The position numbers and the translations under genes are program-made. This document shows, one piece after another, positions 6,465-16,015 of a DNA stretch of 24,243 nucleotides. How positions within the stretch are numbered: the first letter of the stretch is position 1; each line of letters starts with the position of its first letter. The stretch comes from a virus (lineage: Duplodnaviria > Caudoviricetes). Location of the stretch: the IMG/VR virus record IMGVR_UViG_3300029318_000100, positions 1 to 24,243 of that record; one strand, 5' to 3'. Below the pieces are notes generated by a model that did not search any database, was not told where the DNA came from, and saw only the letters and a list, made by a program, of their open reading frames with translations.

Positions 6465-6752
6465 TCATGTTGTGGTTGCAATACCAACCCAACCATTTCC
6501 ATCATAAATTTCTAATCTACCTAATTGTTCATTGAAGAGAAATGCACCCTTAATTTGTGGTAATACATTTCTACGTGCAGTAGATGCGTTAGGGAGTAAA
6601 ACAAAACCTCCCGTAGTAGAACCTGCACCAGAAAGGTCTAAAACACTTCTAGGATTACTAGTTGCAATACCTACACTTGATATACCAGTGAGGACAATAC
6701 CATCGTCACCGATAGAAGTTGTAAAACCAGCTAAATTACTTGCTCTGGACAT
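6465..6752 (-). CDS. Mini fibre-like virion protein
   Basis: 95 aa; VGIATSNPRSVLDL plus LPNASTARRN...GAFLFN...LEIYDGNGW, a module common in fibre proteins. Confidence 0.7.
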   Translation of the reverse strand: MSRASNLAGFTTSIGDDGIVLTGISSVGIATSNPRSVLDLSGAGSTTGGFVLLPNASTARRNVLPQIKGAFLFNEQLGRLEIYDGNGWVGIATTT

Positions 6753-6754
6753 TT

Positions 6755-6982
6755 TTACTCAGCAGTACCAGCAGTGATTGCATTATTGAAAGGAGTCAAA
6801 TCTTCAGTGGTCCAATAATCTTTTGCAACCATAATTTGAAGATGTTCTACATTTCTACTAACAGTATCTTGCTCTTCTTGAGTAAGACTACTTTGTGCCA
6901 CCAGTCTATTGATTAAATTGACACTATCCATGGCAGCAGTATAGTGTCCCGCAATTTCCTCAGCTGTAATTGTCTCTTCCAT
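6755..6982 (-). CDS. Small acidic helical protein, possible fibre assembly chaperone
   Basis: 75 aa, RNVEHLQIMVAKDYW; directly after the giant fibre gene; CTAAATA late-like promoter at 7004-7010. Confidence 0.65.
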   Translation of the reverse strand: MEETITAEEIAGHYTAAMDSVNLINRLVAQSSLTQEEQDTVSRNVEHLQIMVAKDYWTTEDLTPFNNAITAGTAE

Positions 6983-7002
6983 AGTTTTAATCTTGAGTGA
7001 TA

Positions 7003-10000
7003 TTATTTAGTTGGTTCTACGATAACTCTACCATCATCATCAGTCCAGTGTGTGTCGAGCATGTGTTGGTCTTTTCTTTCACCAATAACCATCCAACCCA
7101 CAGTTGCGGTAGAGGAACTGTCCTGAGCAGTAATTGTCAGAATGTTACCAGAGACAGAACCCTTCACTGCTGTCCAATCTGTTTCATTTGATGTGAAACA
7201 TTGAACATTTGTACAGAGAGCGTCAAATGTTCCTTCTGTCATTCTCGCGGCAGTGTCAATATTGACTGTACCAATTCCACTTACGAGATCAACTGAACCT
7301 CTGTAAATCAAGTCAGCTTGTGGACCCTCAATAAATGAGTGAACCAGATCATGAGTGGTTGACATCCCAACAAGTGGGTGATCAATTCTAAATGAACCAG
7401 AACCTTTGGATAATGCACCAGTAACTGTACATAAACCAGTAATTCTTACACCAGAATTTTCAGTTCTTAATCTCTCAGATACACCATTACTTTGCAATTT
7501 GACTTGATTTGTAATGGACGTCAAAACTATATCATTTGTATTAGATTGTATTCTAATTACTCCACTACCAGAATTACTTTCATTATTTTCATTTTTAATT
7601 TCAAACAGTCCTGATTGATACAGTTTTAAATGAGCATCATGTCTATCTAAAGAGGTATTACCAAAACCAACAAATGTTTCGGTTGCAACAGTTATATCAT
7701 CCTGGAAAGTAGAAATACCAGTAACATCTAATGTGTTTGTAGTTGTACGACCAGTAACAGTGACACCCATACCTTGGGTTTCAAGTTTCTTTCCACCATC
7801 ACCACCAGATGCTGCCCAATGAATTTCTGTCCTATTGAGATCACAAATAACATTATCGTAACCAGCGTGAGCCTGTAGTCTTAATTTACCATCAGTTACA
7901 CTACCACCTCTTATGAATAAAGTGCCGTTAGGAACAAGATCAATAATTCCATCATCACTTCCACTAGTTGTAAAACTTACAACATTTGCTAACGTAGAAA
8001 CACCAGTGACATTCAGAGATCCACCTACCGTAAGTTTAGATGTTGGATTAGTGGTTCCGATACCAACATTATATAATTCATTACCAACTAACCAATAATT
8101 ATCACCGTTACCATCATCAGCACCAATAGCAAATTGATCATTTCCAACTTTTGCGGCAAGAACATTGCCTAAGACGATATTTCTATTCCTTTCACTTGTT
8201 CCATCACCACTACCGGCATTTCTACCGATATAAATGTTATCATTGGAATTACTACTCAATGCATAATTACCAGCCTGTCTACCAATAAAGATATTTTCGT
8301 CAACATTTGTAGTAGAAGAAGAACATCTTCCTGCTCTATGGCCTAATGCGATGTTATATGAGCCACTAGTGACATCATTTAAAGTTTGATATCCAATTCC
8401 TATGTTGGAGGTAGCGGTTGAAGAAAGATGTTGAAGATTTTGATCTCCAATTCCAATATTACCACTAGTTGTACAATTATGAAGGTTTTTACCACCAATA
8501 GCAACATTTTTTGTGGGACCACCATTAGCTAGATTTCGATAATCACCAATCGCAACACTACCCCAATCATTAGAAGCACTTCTATTGGCGTCAATAATGA
8601 TATATGCAGTTTTACTTGAAGTAGCACCTAAAGTAAAGATTGCACCATGATCACTGTTCTCTGGGTTTGCTGAAGTTCGTGATAATTGGGTATGTCCAAT
8701 ACCAAGGTGATAAGAGAAAAGTGCTGTACTAATAGCAACAGCAGATACGTCAGGATTTACCCCAATATTACCAACCTGTAGTTCATAAGCTGGTATTGTG
8801 GTGTCTATACCAACACGATTATTGGTATCATCGTAATAGAGGGCACTAGCACCACCTAATGAAGTACCACCATTATTGTACTGAACTTGACCATCTGAAC
8901 CTGCTGCGTTAGCGGCTCCACCACTGACTGCAGCTAATTTTACCTCTCCAGTAGAACTACTATAGGTAAGTACATGACCATCTGTAAGAGATGTGTTATC
9001 ACCAAATGTAATTCCAATACCAGGAATACGGAACTTAGTGACGTCAGTGTTACCTAAAGTAATTTCATTAGCTACAGTTGCACTACTTGCTTCAGCATTG
9101 AAACCAATACAAGTGTTGTTGGTACCATTTGTGATATTATCACCTGCATAAACTCCTAATCCAGTGTTATTATTTCCAGTACAGTATTGAAGGGCAAAAT
9201 ACCCCAATGCAGTACATCTCAAAGCAGTTTGGTTGGTATGCAATGCATGATAACCAATAGCTGTGTTATCATCTCCAGTTGTAAGTGAGTTAAGCGCATA
9301 TTCACCTACCGCTGTATTTGAATTGCCATCCACGCATTTGGCTAGAGCTGAGTTACCAACACCAGTATTTCTATCTCCAGATGTATTTGCATTAAGTGCA
9401 TAATAACCTAAAGCAGTATTATCATTAGTTGTACCATCATCATTGGCAAGTGCACCTGTACCTAAACCTACAGTTCGACCACCACTATTTGTAACACCAT
9501 CAGACAGATCGTTAATTTCAGATGCTCCACTACCACCACCACCACTAGCAGCTTGAAGTGAAATGTACCCAGTGCTTGAATTGTAAGTTAAAACATCTCC
9601 ATTACTTGCACCAGATTGTAGACCAGGAATACGGAAACTTGTGATACCTGGACCACCTAACGTAAGTTCATTATTCGCAGTAGCAGCAGAAGTACTGGAC
9701 TCATCACCAATGCATATATTGTTCGTACCCACGGTAAGATTACCACCTGCATATCTACCAATGAGTACATTCTTTATTCCTGTGGTGACAGTTCTACCTG
9801 CACCTGGTCCAACAAAAACACCAAATTTACCCGCTGATTGCATTAATCCTGCAGCATCACCAATATAAACATTATACTCAGCACTAAGTGAGGTTACGAG
9901 GGCCTGTGCTGCAAGTCTACCTATTGCAACATTTTTTTCACCTAATTCCAGAGTCTGTAATGCTTTAGCTCCAATAGCAACGTTATGTTGAGAGCTACCT

Positions 10001-12606
10001 CTCACATTACCTAAGGCTAGTTGACCAACAGCGACGTTTTCATTACCAATGAAGGTTTCTCCATTTTTTCCTCTGAGTGCATCTTCACCGACAGCAACAT
10101 TATCCGTTCCCTCGGTACAATTTGTTAACGCACTATATCCAATTGCAGTGTTATCTCTTACATTATTTGATATACTATAAAGGGCAAATGAACCTATACC
10201 AATACCTTTTCCGCCCGCTCCATAAGTTTTTGCATCAGAAAGATCATTGATCGATGAAGCACCACCTACTGATGACGCGGTAACAGTTACAATACCTAAT
10301 GAAACAGGAGTTACACTTAAGTTTGTACCAAAGTTAATTGTACCAGCAATACCAATGGCCGAATCACTATCTTTAATGTCGATACCAGTTGACTGAGCAG
10401 TAATATTAGTCAGATTAGAACCATCACCATAGAAGTAATTTGCAGTTACTATTCCAGTTACACTTACACCAGAACCAGTCGTTGCAAGTTTCTTTGCATT
10501 ATCACAATATAACTCTACCCCTTCTCCAAGAGCACTGTACTTGAATACAGTTTCAGAACTAGTTACATCTTCAATAGTAAAGACACCTTGATTTACCTTT
10601 ATTGAAAAATCAGTTTGAATACCACCATTGTGATCGTTGAAAAGTATCTCTGGTGTAGCAGAATAAACCTCGTAAGAGGTTGCAGTAACGACACCAGTAG
10701 AATTGATGTGTCTTACTGATTTAATGTCATCTGCAATAGTGACACCATCTGTACCTGTGGTACTACTGGTGAAAATATCACTAGTTATCGTGGCCAATGT
10801 TATATTGCCACTACCTAGGTTTAGTTCTTGACTGTTTGGTTGCCATCTTAATTGACTATCAGTTCTTATTGGTTCATCACCAGTGAGTCTTTGAGTGAAA
10901 TTGAGATAATGGAATGCATTTGCAGTATCAGATTGAACTAATTGAACTCCAGTTGCGACACCACTTGCACCACCTGATGCTGTGACAGTTACAATACCTA
11001 ATGAAACAGGAGTTACACTTAAATTAGTTCCGAAGTTAATTGTACCAGCAACACCAATCGCAGAATCACTATCCTTAATGTCGATACCAGCACCGACTCC
11101 AGTTAACCCAGTTAGTTCAGAACCATCACCAGAGAATTTAGTTGCAGTTACTACACCAGTTACATCTACACCCGAATAAGTTGTTTCTAATTTTAATGTA
11201 GCATCAGAATGATAGAGACCTACACCACCAGTACCAGTAAGATAAACTTTACCACCTTCTATAGTTCTTAATGAAATATTTCCAGAACTACCACCAGAAG
11301 CATTCGCTTTTATTAAAATATCGTTGCCGCCAGAAAGATCTAATAATAAATCACTACTTTGTCTATAAAGTTGAGCATTTGCATCACCAATACGGAATCT
11401 AGTATGTGATTCAGTTTCTATTCTTGGTCCATTAAACGTGACAATACCACTAGCTCTTAATGCATCAAATTCACTTGAACCTTGTACGTCTAATTTTGCA
11501 ATAGGTGTAGTGGTGCCAATACCAACAGAACCATCAGAAATTACACGAAGTTTTTCAGTACCATCTGTTACTACTTTAAAATGTCCATCAGAACCTGTGT
11601 CAACTACCTCAGCAGAAGTATTATTTTCTTCAATTTTGTCAGAAGTACCACCACCACCACCAGTTTGATCAGTCCAGGATACACCTATCCCAGGAACACT
11701 CGACAATACCTGACCATTAGTTCCTGTACCACCATTCGAGTCATAAACTGAACTTCCAAGAGCAACTTTAGCAAATGTAGAAACACCTGATACATTAAGA
11801 TCATCTAACTCAGTGTGACCATCAACATCTAAGCCACCATTAAAGTCAGCAATTATAGGATGATTAACAGTTAAACCTCCCTGAATGGTGAGACCATCCA
11901 TTGTTGCAGCAGTATTAATATCGAAGGTGGTAGGACCAATAGTCCCACCATTACCAAATTTAACGTTTGAATTAAAGGTGGTAAGACCACTTACATTCAG
12001 AGTTCCTTCAACATCAAGTTTTGCTCTTGGATTGGTGGTTCCGATACCAATTCCATTAGAATTTCCACTTACAAGGGTACCATCAGATACTGTACCAAAA
12101 TGCACACCTTCCCTAGCAGTTACAATACCTAGAGAATCTACATTAGTTACATCATCATATGTCAGTGTACCACCAATTGTTACATTTCCACTAATATCTG
12201 CGTTTCCATTTACATCTAATTCAGTGCAGGTGACAATACCACCATTCACACTACCAGCTAAATCTCCATCAAATCTGATGGTTGCGGTTACGATACCAGC
12301 ATAAACGTCACCCGTAAGATTTCCAGTGACATTTCCAACGGTGTCACCTGTTTGAGTAACTTTAAATACGTCAAGAATTTCAAATACAACTTCGTCATTT
12401 AATTGACACGGATCATTCAGTGTGACTGTAGTTGCATCAGATGCAGTAAAGTCAAGATTTTCACTCAGACGAACACCATTTCTATATACTGCAATCTTGT
12501 TTATTGCATATCCATCAGTAATAGTGAATAAAGTTTGGCTAGCCGTTGCCGTAAACCTTATTACTCTATAATTATTCTGACTCGATATAGGATTTCCAAT
12601 CGCCAT
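7003..12606 (-). CDS. Giant tail fibre / adhesin-like virion protein (1867 aa)
   Basis: Gly/Thr/Ser-rich; GIGTTxP and GDGSxLT fibre motifs; YadA-head-like NxAxGxxAL repeats; C-terminal KGSGSFRIDHPL...HSFIEGP domain. Confidence 0.9.
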   Translation of the reverse strand: MAIGNPISSQNNYRVIRFTATASQTLFTITDGYAINKIAVYRNGVRLSENLDFTASDATTVTLNDPCQLNDEVVFEILDVFKVTQTGDTVGNVTGNLTGDVYAGIVTATIRFDGDLAGSVNGGIVTCTELDVNGNADISGNVTIGGTLTYDDVTNVDSLGIVTAREGVHFGTVSDGTLVSGNSNGIGIGTTNPRAKLDVEGTLNVSGLTTFNSNVKFGNGGTIGPTTFDINTAATMDGLTIQGGLTVNHPIIADFNGGLDVDGHTELDDLNVSGVSTFAKVALGSSVYDSNGGTGTNGQVLSSVPGIGVSWTDQTGGGGGTSDKIEENNTSAEVVDTGSDGHFKVVTDGTEKLRVISDGSVGIGTTTPIAKLDVQGSSEFDALRASGIVTFNGPRIETESHTRFRIGDANAQLYRQSSDLLLDLSGGNDILIKANASGGSSGNISLRTIEGGKVYLTGTGGVGLYHSDATLKLETTYSGVDVTGVVTATKFSGDGSELTGLTGVGAGIDIKDSDSAIGVAGTINFGTNLSVTPVSLGIVTVTASGGASGVATGVQLVQSDTANAFHYLNFTQRLTGDEPIRTDSQLRWQPNSQELNLGSGNITLATITSDIFTSSTTGTDGVTIADDIKSVRHINSTGVVTATSYEVYSATPEILFNDHNGGIQTDFSIKVNQGVFTIEDVTSSETVFKYSALGEGVELYCDNAKKLATTGSGVSVTGIVTANYFYGDGSNLTNITAQSTGIDIKDSDSAIGIAGTINFGTNLSVTPVSLGIVTVTASSVGGASSINDLSDAKTYGAGGKGIGIGSFALYSISNNVRDNTAIGYSALTNCTEGTDNVAVGEDALRGKNGETFIGNENVAVGQLALGNVRGSSQHNVAIGAKALQTLELGEKNVAIGRLAAQALVTSLSAEYNVYIGDAAGLMQSAGKFGVFVGPGAGRTVTTGIKNVLIGRYAGGNLTVGTNNICIGDESSTSAATANNELTLGGPGITSFRIPGLQSGASNGDVLTYNSSTGYISLQAASGGGGSGASEINDLSDGVTNSGGRTVGLGTGALANDDGTTNDNTALGYYALNANTSGDRNTGVGNSALAKCVDGNSNTAVGEYALNSLTTGDDNTAIGYHALHTNQTALRCTALGYFALQYCTGNNNTGLGVYAGDNITNGTNNTCIGFNAEASSATVANEITLGNTDVTKFRIPGIGITFGDNTSLTDGHVLTYSSSTGEVKLAAVSGGAANAAGSDGQVQYNNGGTSLGGASALYYDDTNNRVGIDTTIPAYELQVGNIGVNPDVSAVAISTALFSYHLGIGHTQLSRTSANPENSDHGAIFTLGATSSKTAYIIIDANRSASNDWGSVAIGDYRNLANGGPTKNVAIGGKNLHNCTTSGNIGIGDQNLQHLSSTATSNIGIGYQTLNDVTSGSYNIALGHRAGRCSSSTTNVDENIFIGRQAGNYALSSNSNDNIYIGRNAGSGDGTSERNRNIVLGNVLAAKVGNDQFAIGADDGNGDNYWLVGNELYNVGIGTTNPTSKLTVGGSLNVTGVSTLANVVSFTTSGSDDGIIDLVPNGTLFIRGGSVTDGKLRLQAHAGYDNVICDLNRTEIHWAASGGDGGKKLETQGMGVTVTGRTTTNTLDVTGISTFQDDITVATETFVGFGNTSLDRHDAHLKLYQSGLFEIKNENNESNSGSGVIRIQSNTNDIVLTSITNQVKLQSNGVSERLRTENSGVRITGLCTVTGALSKGSGSFRIDHPLVGMSTTHDLVHSFIEGPQADLIYRGSVDLVSGIGTVNIDTAARMTEGTFDALCTNVQCFTSNETDWTAVKGSVSGNILTITAQDSSSTATVGWMVIGERKDQHMLDTHWTDDDGRVIVEPTK
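10283..11090. repeat. 106-nt direct repeat (10283-10388 and 10985-11090), 702 nt apart
   Basis: Encodes GIDIKDSDSAIG(I/V)AGTINFGTNLSVTPVSLGIVTV twice; includes a 38-nt exact match. Confidence 0.9.
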
Positions 12607-12613
12607 TGTAAAC

Positions 12614-12629
12614 CTTTTTAGTTATTTAT
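12614..12629 (-). promoter_or_regulatory. T4-type late promoter and leader
   Basis: ATAAATAACTAAAAAG, overlapping the S8 stop codon; identical to 16553-16568. Confidence 0.8.
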
Positions 12630-14679
12630 GGACAGAGTTGTTTGTTCTAGGATATTTAACACCAGCTGTGTCTGGATTTCTGTTTTTGAAACGAGTTTGT
12701 TGGAGAGAACCAGTAACTTCTCTTTTTCTCTCAATAAACAAATATCTATTATTACTATTTGAACCTAAAGCTTCATATCCTGTATCAACTGAAGATGGAT
12801 TTCCTCCTGGATCTCCAACTTCCGCCAAAGAATGTTCTTTTAAATACTGTAGTGCCTCTGCTTGAGTCAGATTTGGTTCTGTTTCAAGAAGACAAGCAAT
12901 GACTCCAGTAACATGTGGGCATGCCATACTTGTTCCATCAATTGATGCAAGATAATATGATGAGTTTCTGGAATCGGCGACAATAGGAAGATAGGAAAAA
13001 AAGGGGGAGGTATTATCATAAACAGCAGAAATAATATCACTACCTGGTGCCCATATATCTACTCTTGGACCCCAATTACTGAAGTAGGATTTATTCTCAG
13101 TAGCTTTAGAACCAATAGATCCTACACATATGCACCCATCAACTGCAGTGGGAGTACTACCTCGGTGAGAGAGATAACTACCAACGTTGAGCACAAAGTA
13201 TGAATTATCATAGTCCAAACCACTTGGAAGGTCGATAGGATATGCATTATTACCAGCAGCTCCTATCATAATCACCCCATCATCCATCATGTCTTTTATA
13301 TCCTCTTCTATCGCATAATATCTTGCAGGTGCGGGATTAACACCTTGTCCTAACCCTGCATAACCTGGAATACCAGCTGCTTCTATTGCAGCCTTTCTTT
13401 CAGCCAATGTGCCAGATAATATAGTAGTATTCCCTCTAGTAGTAACTGAAAATACACTATCAAAAGTGAAGGCATATAGATAATTATACCCCCAACTGTG
13501 ATTGGTAATTGTTGGATTTCTCCTTCCAGTTGCAGGATTGATTGGTTTATTTTTATGAAAATGACGAATATAGTCCCATAACATGGTAGCCCAATTAGTT
13601 TTACCTGCAGCACCATCCATAAAGTCCATTTGATAGATGTTAGCATCTCTTGCAAACCCTTGGGTATTGCCACCCACTGTTCCTGCTACGTGAGTTCCAT
13701 GATCGTTTGAGGTATTCTGACTATAATCATAAGTTCCATTAGCACCATGACCTAAAACTGAGTTATATTGAAGCCAATTAAATTCAATTACTCTAGAACC
13801 ACCTGTCCCATCAGGATTAACAGCAAATTCTGGATGATCTGGATTGACAGGAGAATCAACAAGTATAACATCAACATTCTTTCCTGATGCTGTAGTAATT
13901 ATTTCTTGATTTGTAATCTCTACAGAATTATCACTTCCCCAATCATTTGTCTGAGCATTAACAGTAATTATTCCAATCATACCAGAGTGATTGCCACATT
14001 GATAATAATAAGTTCCAGCAGTATTAGGTGTCCAAGAAACAGTACCACTTTGAGTCCCTTGATTTGTTGCAGCAGGAGTGCTTACATTCGCGCCACCATT
14101 TGATACCCGTATGTAAAATGGATGACCACTTGCATTAACTACAAAATTAACAGTATCTCCAACTTTTAGTGTAACAGTAACATTGTTACCACTAACAGAT
14201 CCGTTTCTGTCAGAACCACTCAAAGTGTAAGCAGATGCTCCAGAGTTTGATACATTAATATTATATGTTACTACAGGATATGATTGTCCTGTAATAACTC
14301 TCCAGAGACCCCAGTTTTTATCATCACCTGCGAATGAACCACTTGTTTTATTGAAATCTCCAGTTTGAACCCAAAAAGGCTCTGCTACTAATCCCATGTC
14401 TGTGGGATTTATTTCACAAGCAAGCACTCTTTCGTCATTTCTTATTTCTTCTGCCTCAGCTGCAGTAAGCATATAATGAGTATTACGACTAATTGTTCTC
14501 CTATGAACTAAATCAACTGCTCTATCGGGAATATACAAAGATCCACCAGGAGTTTCCATATCATCATAAAGATTCTCCAAATCTTCATATGATTTACAAG
14601 TAACAATATATTCGGCTAACCCTGTAGTTATCCCTACATAATCAGAACCAGTACTAAGTTGCTGATCACTCGAAATCAT
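12622..14679 (-). CDS. Subtilisin-like S8 serine protease with inserted cupredoxin (blue copper) domain
   Basis: Triad motifs VILVDS, HGTHVAGT, GTSMACPHVTG and oxyanion AAGN; insert GHPFYI...YYYQCGNHSGMIG; likely start MISSD (GGAGG at 14686-14690). Confidence 0.9.
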   Translation of the reverse strand: MISSDQQLSTGSDYVGITTGLAEYIVTCKSYEDLENLYDDMETPGGSLYIPDRAVDLVHRRTISRNTHYMLTAAEAEEIRNDERVLACEINPTDMGLVAEPFWVQTGDFNKTSGSFAGDDKNWGLWRVITGQSYPVVTYNINVSNSGASAYTLSGSDRNGSVSGNNVTVTLKVGDTVNFVVNASGHPFYIRVSNGGANVSTPAATNQGTQSGTVSWTPNTAGTYYYQCGNHSGMIGIITVNAQTNDWGSDNSVEITNQEIITTASGKNVDVILVDSPVNPDHPEFAVNPDGTGGSRVIEFNWLQYNSVLGHGANGTYDYSQNTSNDHGTHVAGTVGGNTQGFARDANIYQMDFMDGAAGKTNWATMLWDYIRHFHKNKPINPATGRRNPTITNHSWGYNYLYAFTFDSVFSVTTRGNTTILSGTLAERKAAIEAAGIPGYAGLGQGVNPAPARYYAIEEDIKDMMDDGVIMIGAAGNNAYPIDLPSGLDYDNSYFVLNVGSYLSHRGSTPTAVDGCICVGSIGSKATENKSYFSNWGPRVDIWAPGSDIISAVYDNTSPFFSYLPIVADSRNSSYYLASIDGTSMACPHVTGVIACLLETEPNLTQAEALQYLKEHSLAEVGDPGGNPSSVDTGYEALGSNSNNRYLFIERKREVTGSLQQTRFKNRNPDTAGVKYPRTNNSVHK

Positions 14680-14680
14680 A

Positions 14681-16015
14681 TCAACCCTCCAGTTCAACGA
14701 TAGTTAAAGTGACAGTAATATCTGCTGATGATGACTCGTTATTAGTAACCTTTGCGTATATATTTGCTGATGGTGTTGAATCGTCATTCCATCCCATTAC
14801 AGCAGGACTCATTAAAAATGTTGTTGAACCTGTAGTTTCTGTTCTTACTTCAGCGATAACACCAGAACCAGGTGTTGGATCTGTAGTGTAAGGTCTTGAG
14901 GCATCATTTGTTCTTGAAGTCGTGTCAGTGTAAAGTCTGACCCAAGATGCTGCATCTACAGCAATTTTTAATAATGAATATGTCTTTCCACCCGTGATTG
15001 TAATATCTGCAGTTGCATCGGCAGCAATACTTCCAGTGCTAGCTGATACTTCTGATCTAGCAACAGCACCACTACCTCCACCCGAAATAGTGATTGTTTT
15101 AGTTGCTCCTGTACCTGAGGCAACAACACCACTACCAGTAAAGTTAATTACAGTAGCAACTGTTGCTAATGGATTACCTTCATCTTGAACGGTAATTCCA
15201 CCACCGCCGACACCACCACTATTATTGGCCCAAGAAACACCTACACCAGGAATACTTATCAGAACTTGTTCATTAGTTCCTGTACCCCCATTAGAGTCAA
15301 AAACCGAACTTCCAAGAGAAACTTTACCTCTAAAAGTCGAAATACCAGAGGCACCTTGAGCATAAAATGTAGTAGAACTAGTTATTCCTGTTACTTTTAC
15401 ACCATAAGGTCTGGTCGATATTTTTTCAGTACTCGTATCTGAACCATGATAAAGATTAACTCCAACAGTAGGACCAGAAAATATTTTAAGTTTTGGGCGC
15501 CAAAGTTTATCAAAAAATTGGAATGCACCCTGTCCATCACCAGCATTTGTTTTAAATACTAGTGGACCTGTACCATCATCCTGCATGACACTAGCTGTAC
15601 CACCAGATATACTGTTTCCATCTATATCTAATTGGGTAAAGGTGGGATCATGGAAAAATTGGAAGTCATTACTATTGCCAAGATGTACTTTCTTGTTATC
15701 CCCTAAGAATATCTCTCCATCAACTTGACCAATTGAATCTCTAGTAACATTAAATGCTTTATATGCAACAGCTTCTACAACATCACCACTACCCGCTGCA
15801 GATGTGAGAGTAAAAGTTTTATTATCTGAGGATGCAGAATAATCAGTGCCTCTTACCTTTTTTAATCCATTGACATATACATCAAAATATTCGATGTCAT
15901 ATCCTGCCGAAAAATCAAATTCAGTTGTATTTGTTGTGGGTTTATAAACTCGACGAGCAACAGTTACCGCCGAGTCCCCAGGATTTCTTCCAATGTAACC
16001 GTTATTCCCAAGCAT
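14681..16015 (-). CDS. Fibre-like virion structural protein (444 aa)
   Basis: N-terminal YIGRNP and DVYVNG..GTDY domain related to the N-terminus of the 1867-aa fibre; ITVQDEG...INFTGSGV fibre motif; distinct C-terminal AASWVRLYTD...DPTPGSGVIAEV domain. Confidence 0.85.
   Translation of the reverse strand: MLGNNGYIGRNPGDSAVTVARRVYKPTTNTTEFDFSAGYDIEYFDVYVNGLKKVRGTDYSASSDNKTFTLTSAAGSGDVVEAVAYKAFNVTRDSIGQVDGEIFLGDNKKVHLGNSNDFQFFHDPTFTQLDIDGNSISGGTASVMQDDGTGPLVFKTNAGDGQGAFQFFDKLWRPKLKIFSGPTVGVNLYHGSDTSTEKISTRPYGVKVTGITSSTTFYAQGASGISTFRGKVSLGSSVFDSNGGTGTNEQVLISIPGVGVSWANNSGGVGGGGITVQDEGNPLATVATVINFTGSGVVASGTGATKTITISGGGSGAVARSEVSASTGSIAADATADITITGGKTYSLLKIAVDAASWVRLYTDTTSRTNDASRPYTTDPTPGSGVIAEVRTETTGSTTFLMSPAVMGWNDDSTPSANIYAKVTNNESSSADITVTLTIVELEG

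Noticed and set aside
13950-14280. Intein or intron as the explanation for the S8 insert
   Set aside because: No Cys/Ser start or His-Asn end, the frame is continuous, and the insert has cupredoxin motifs.
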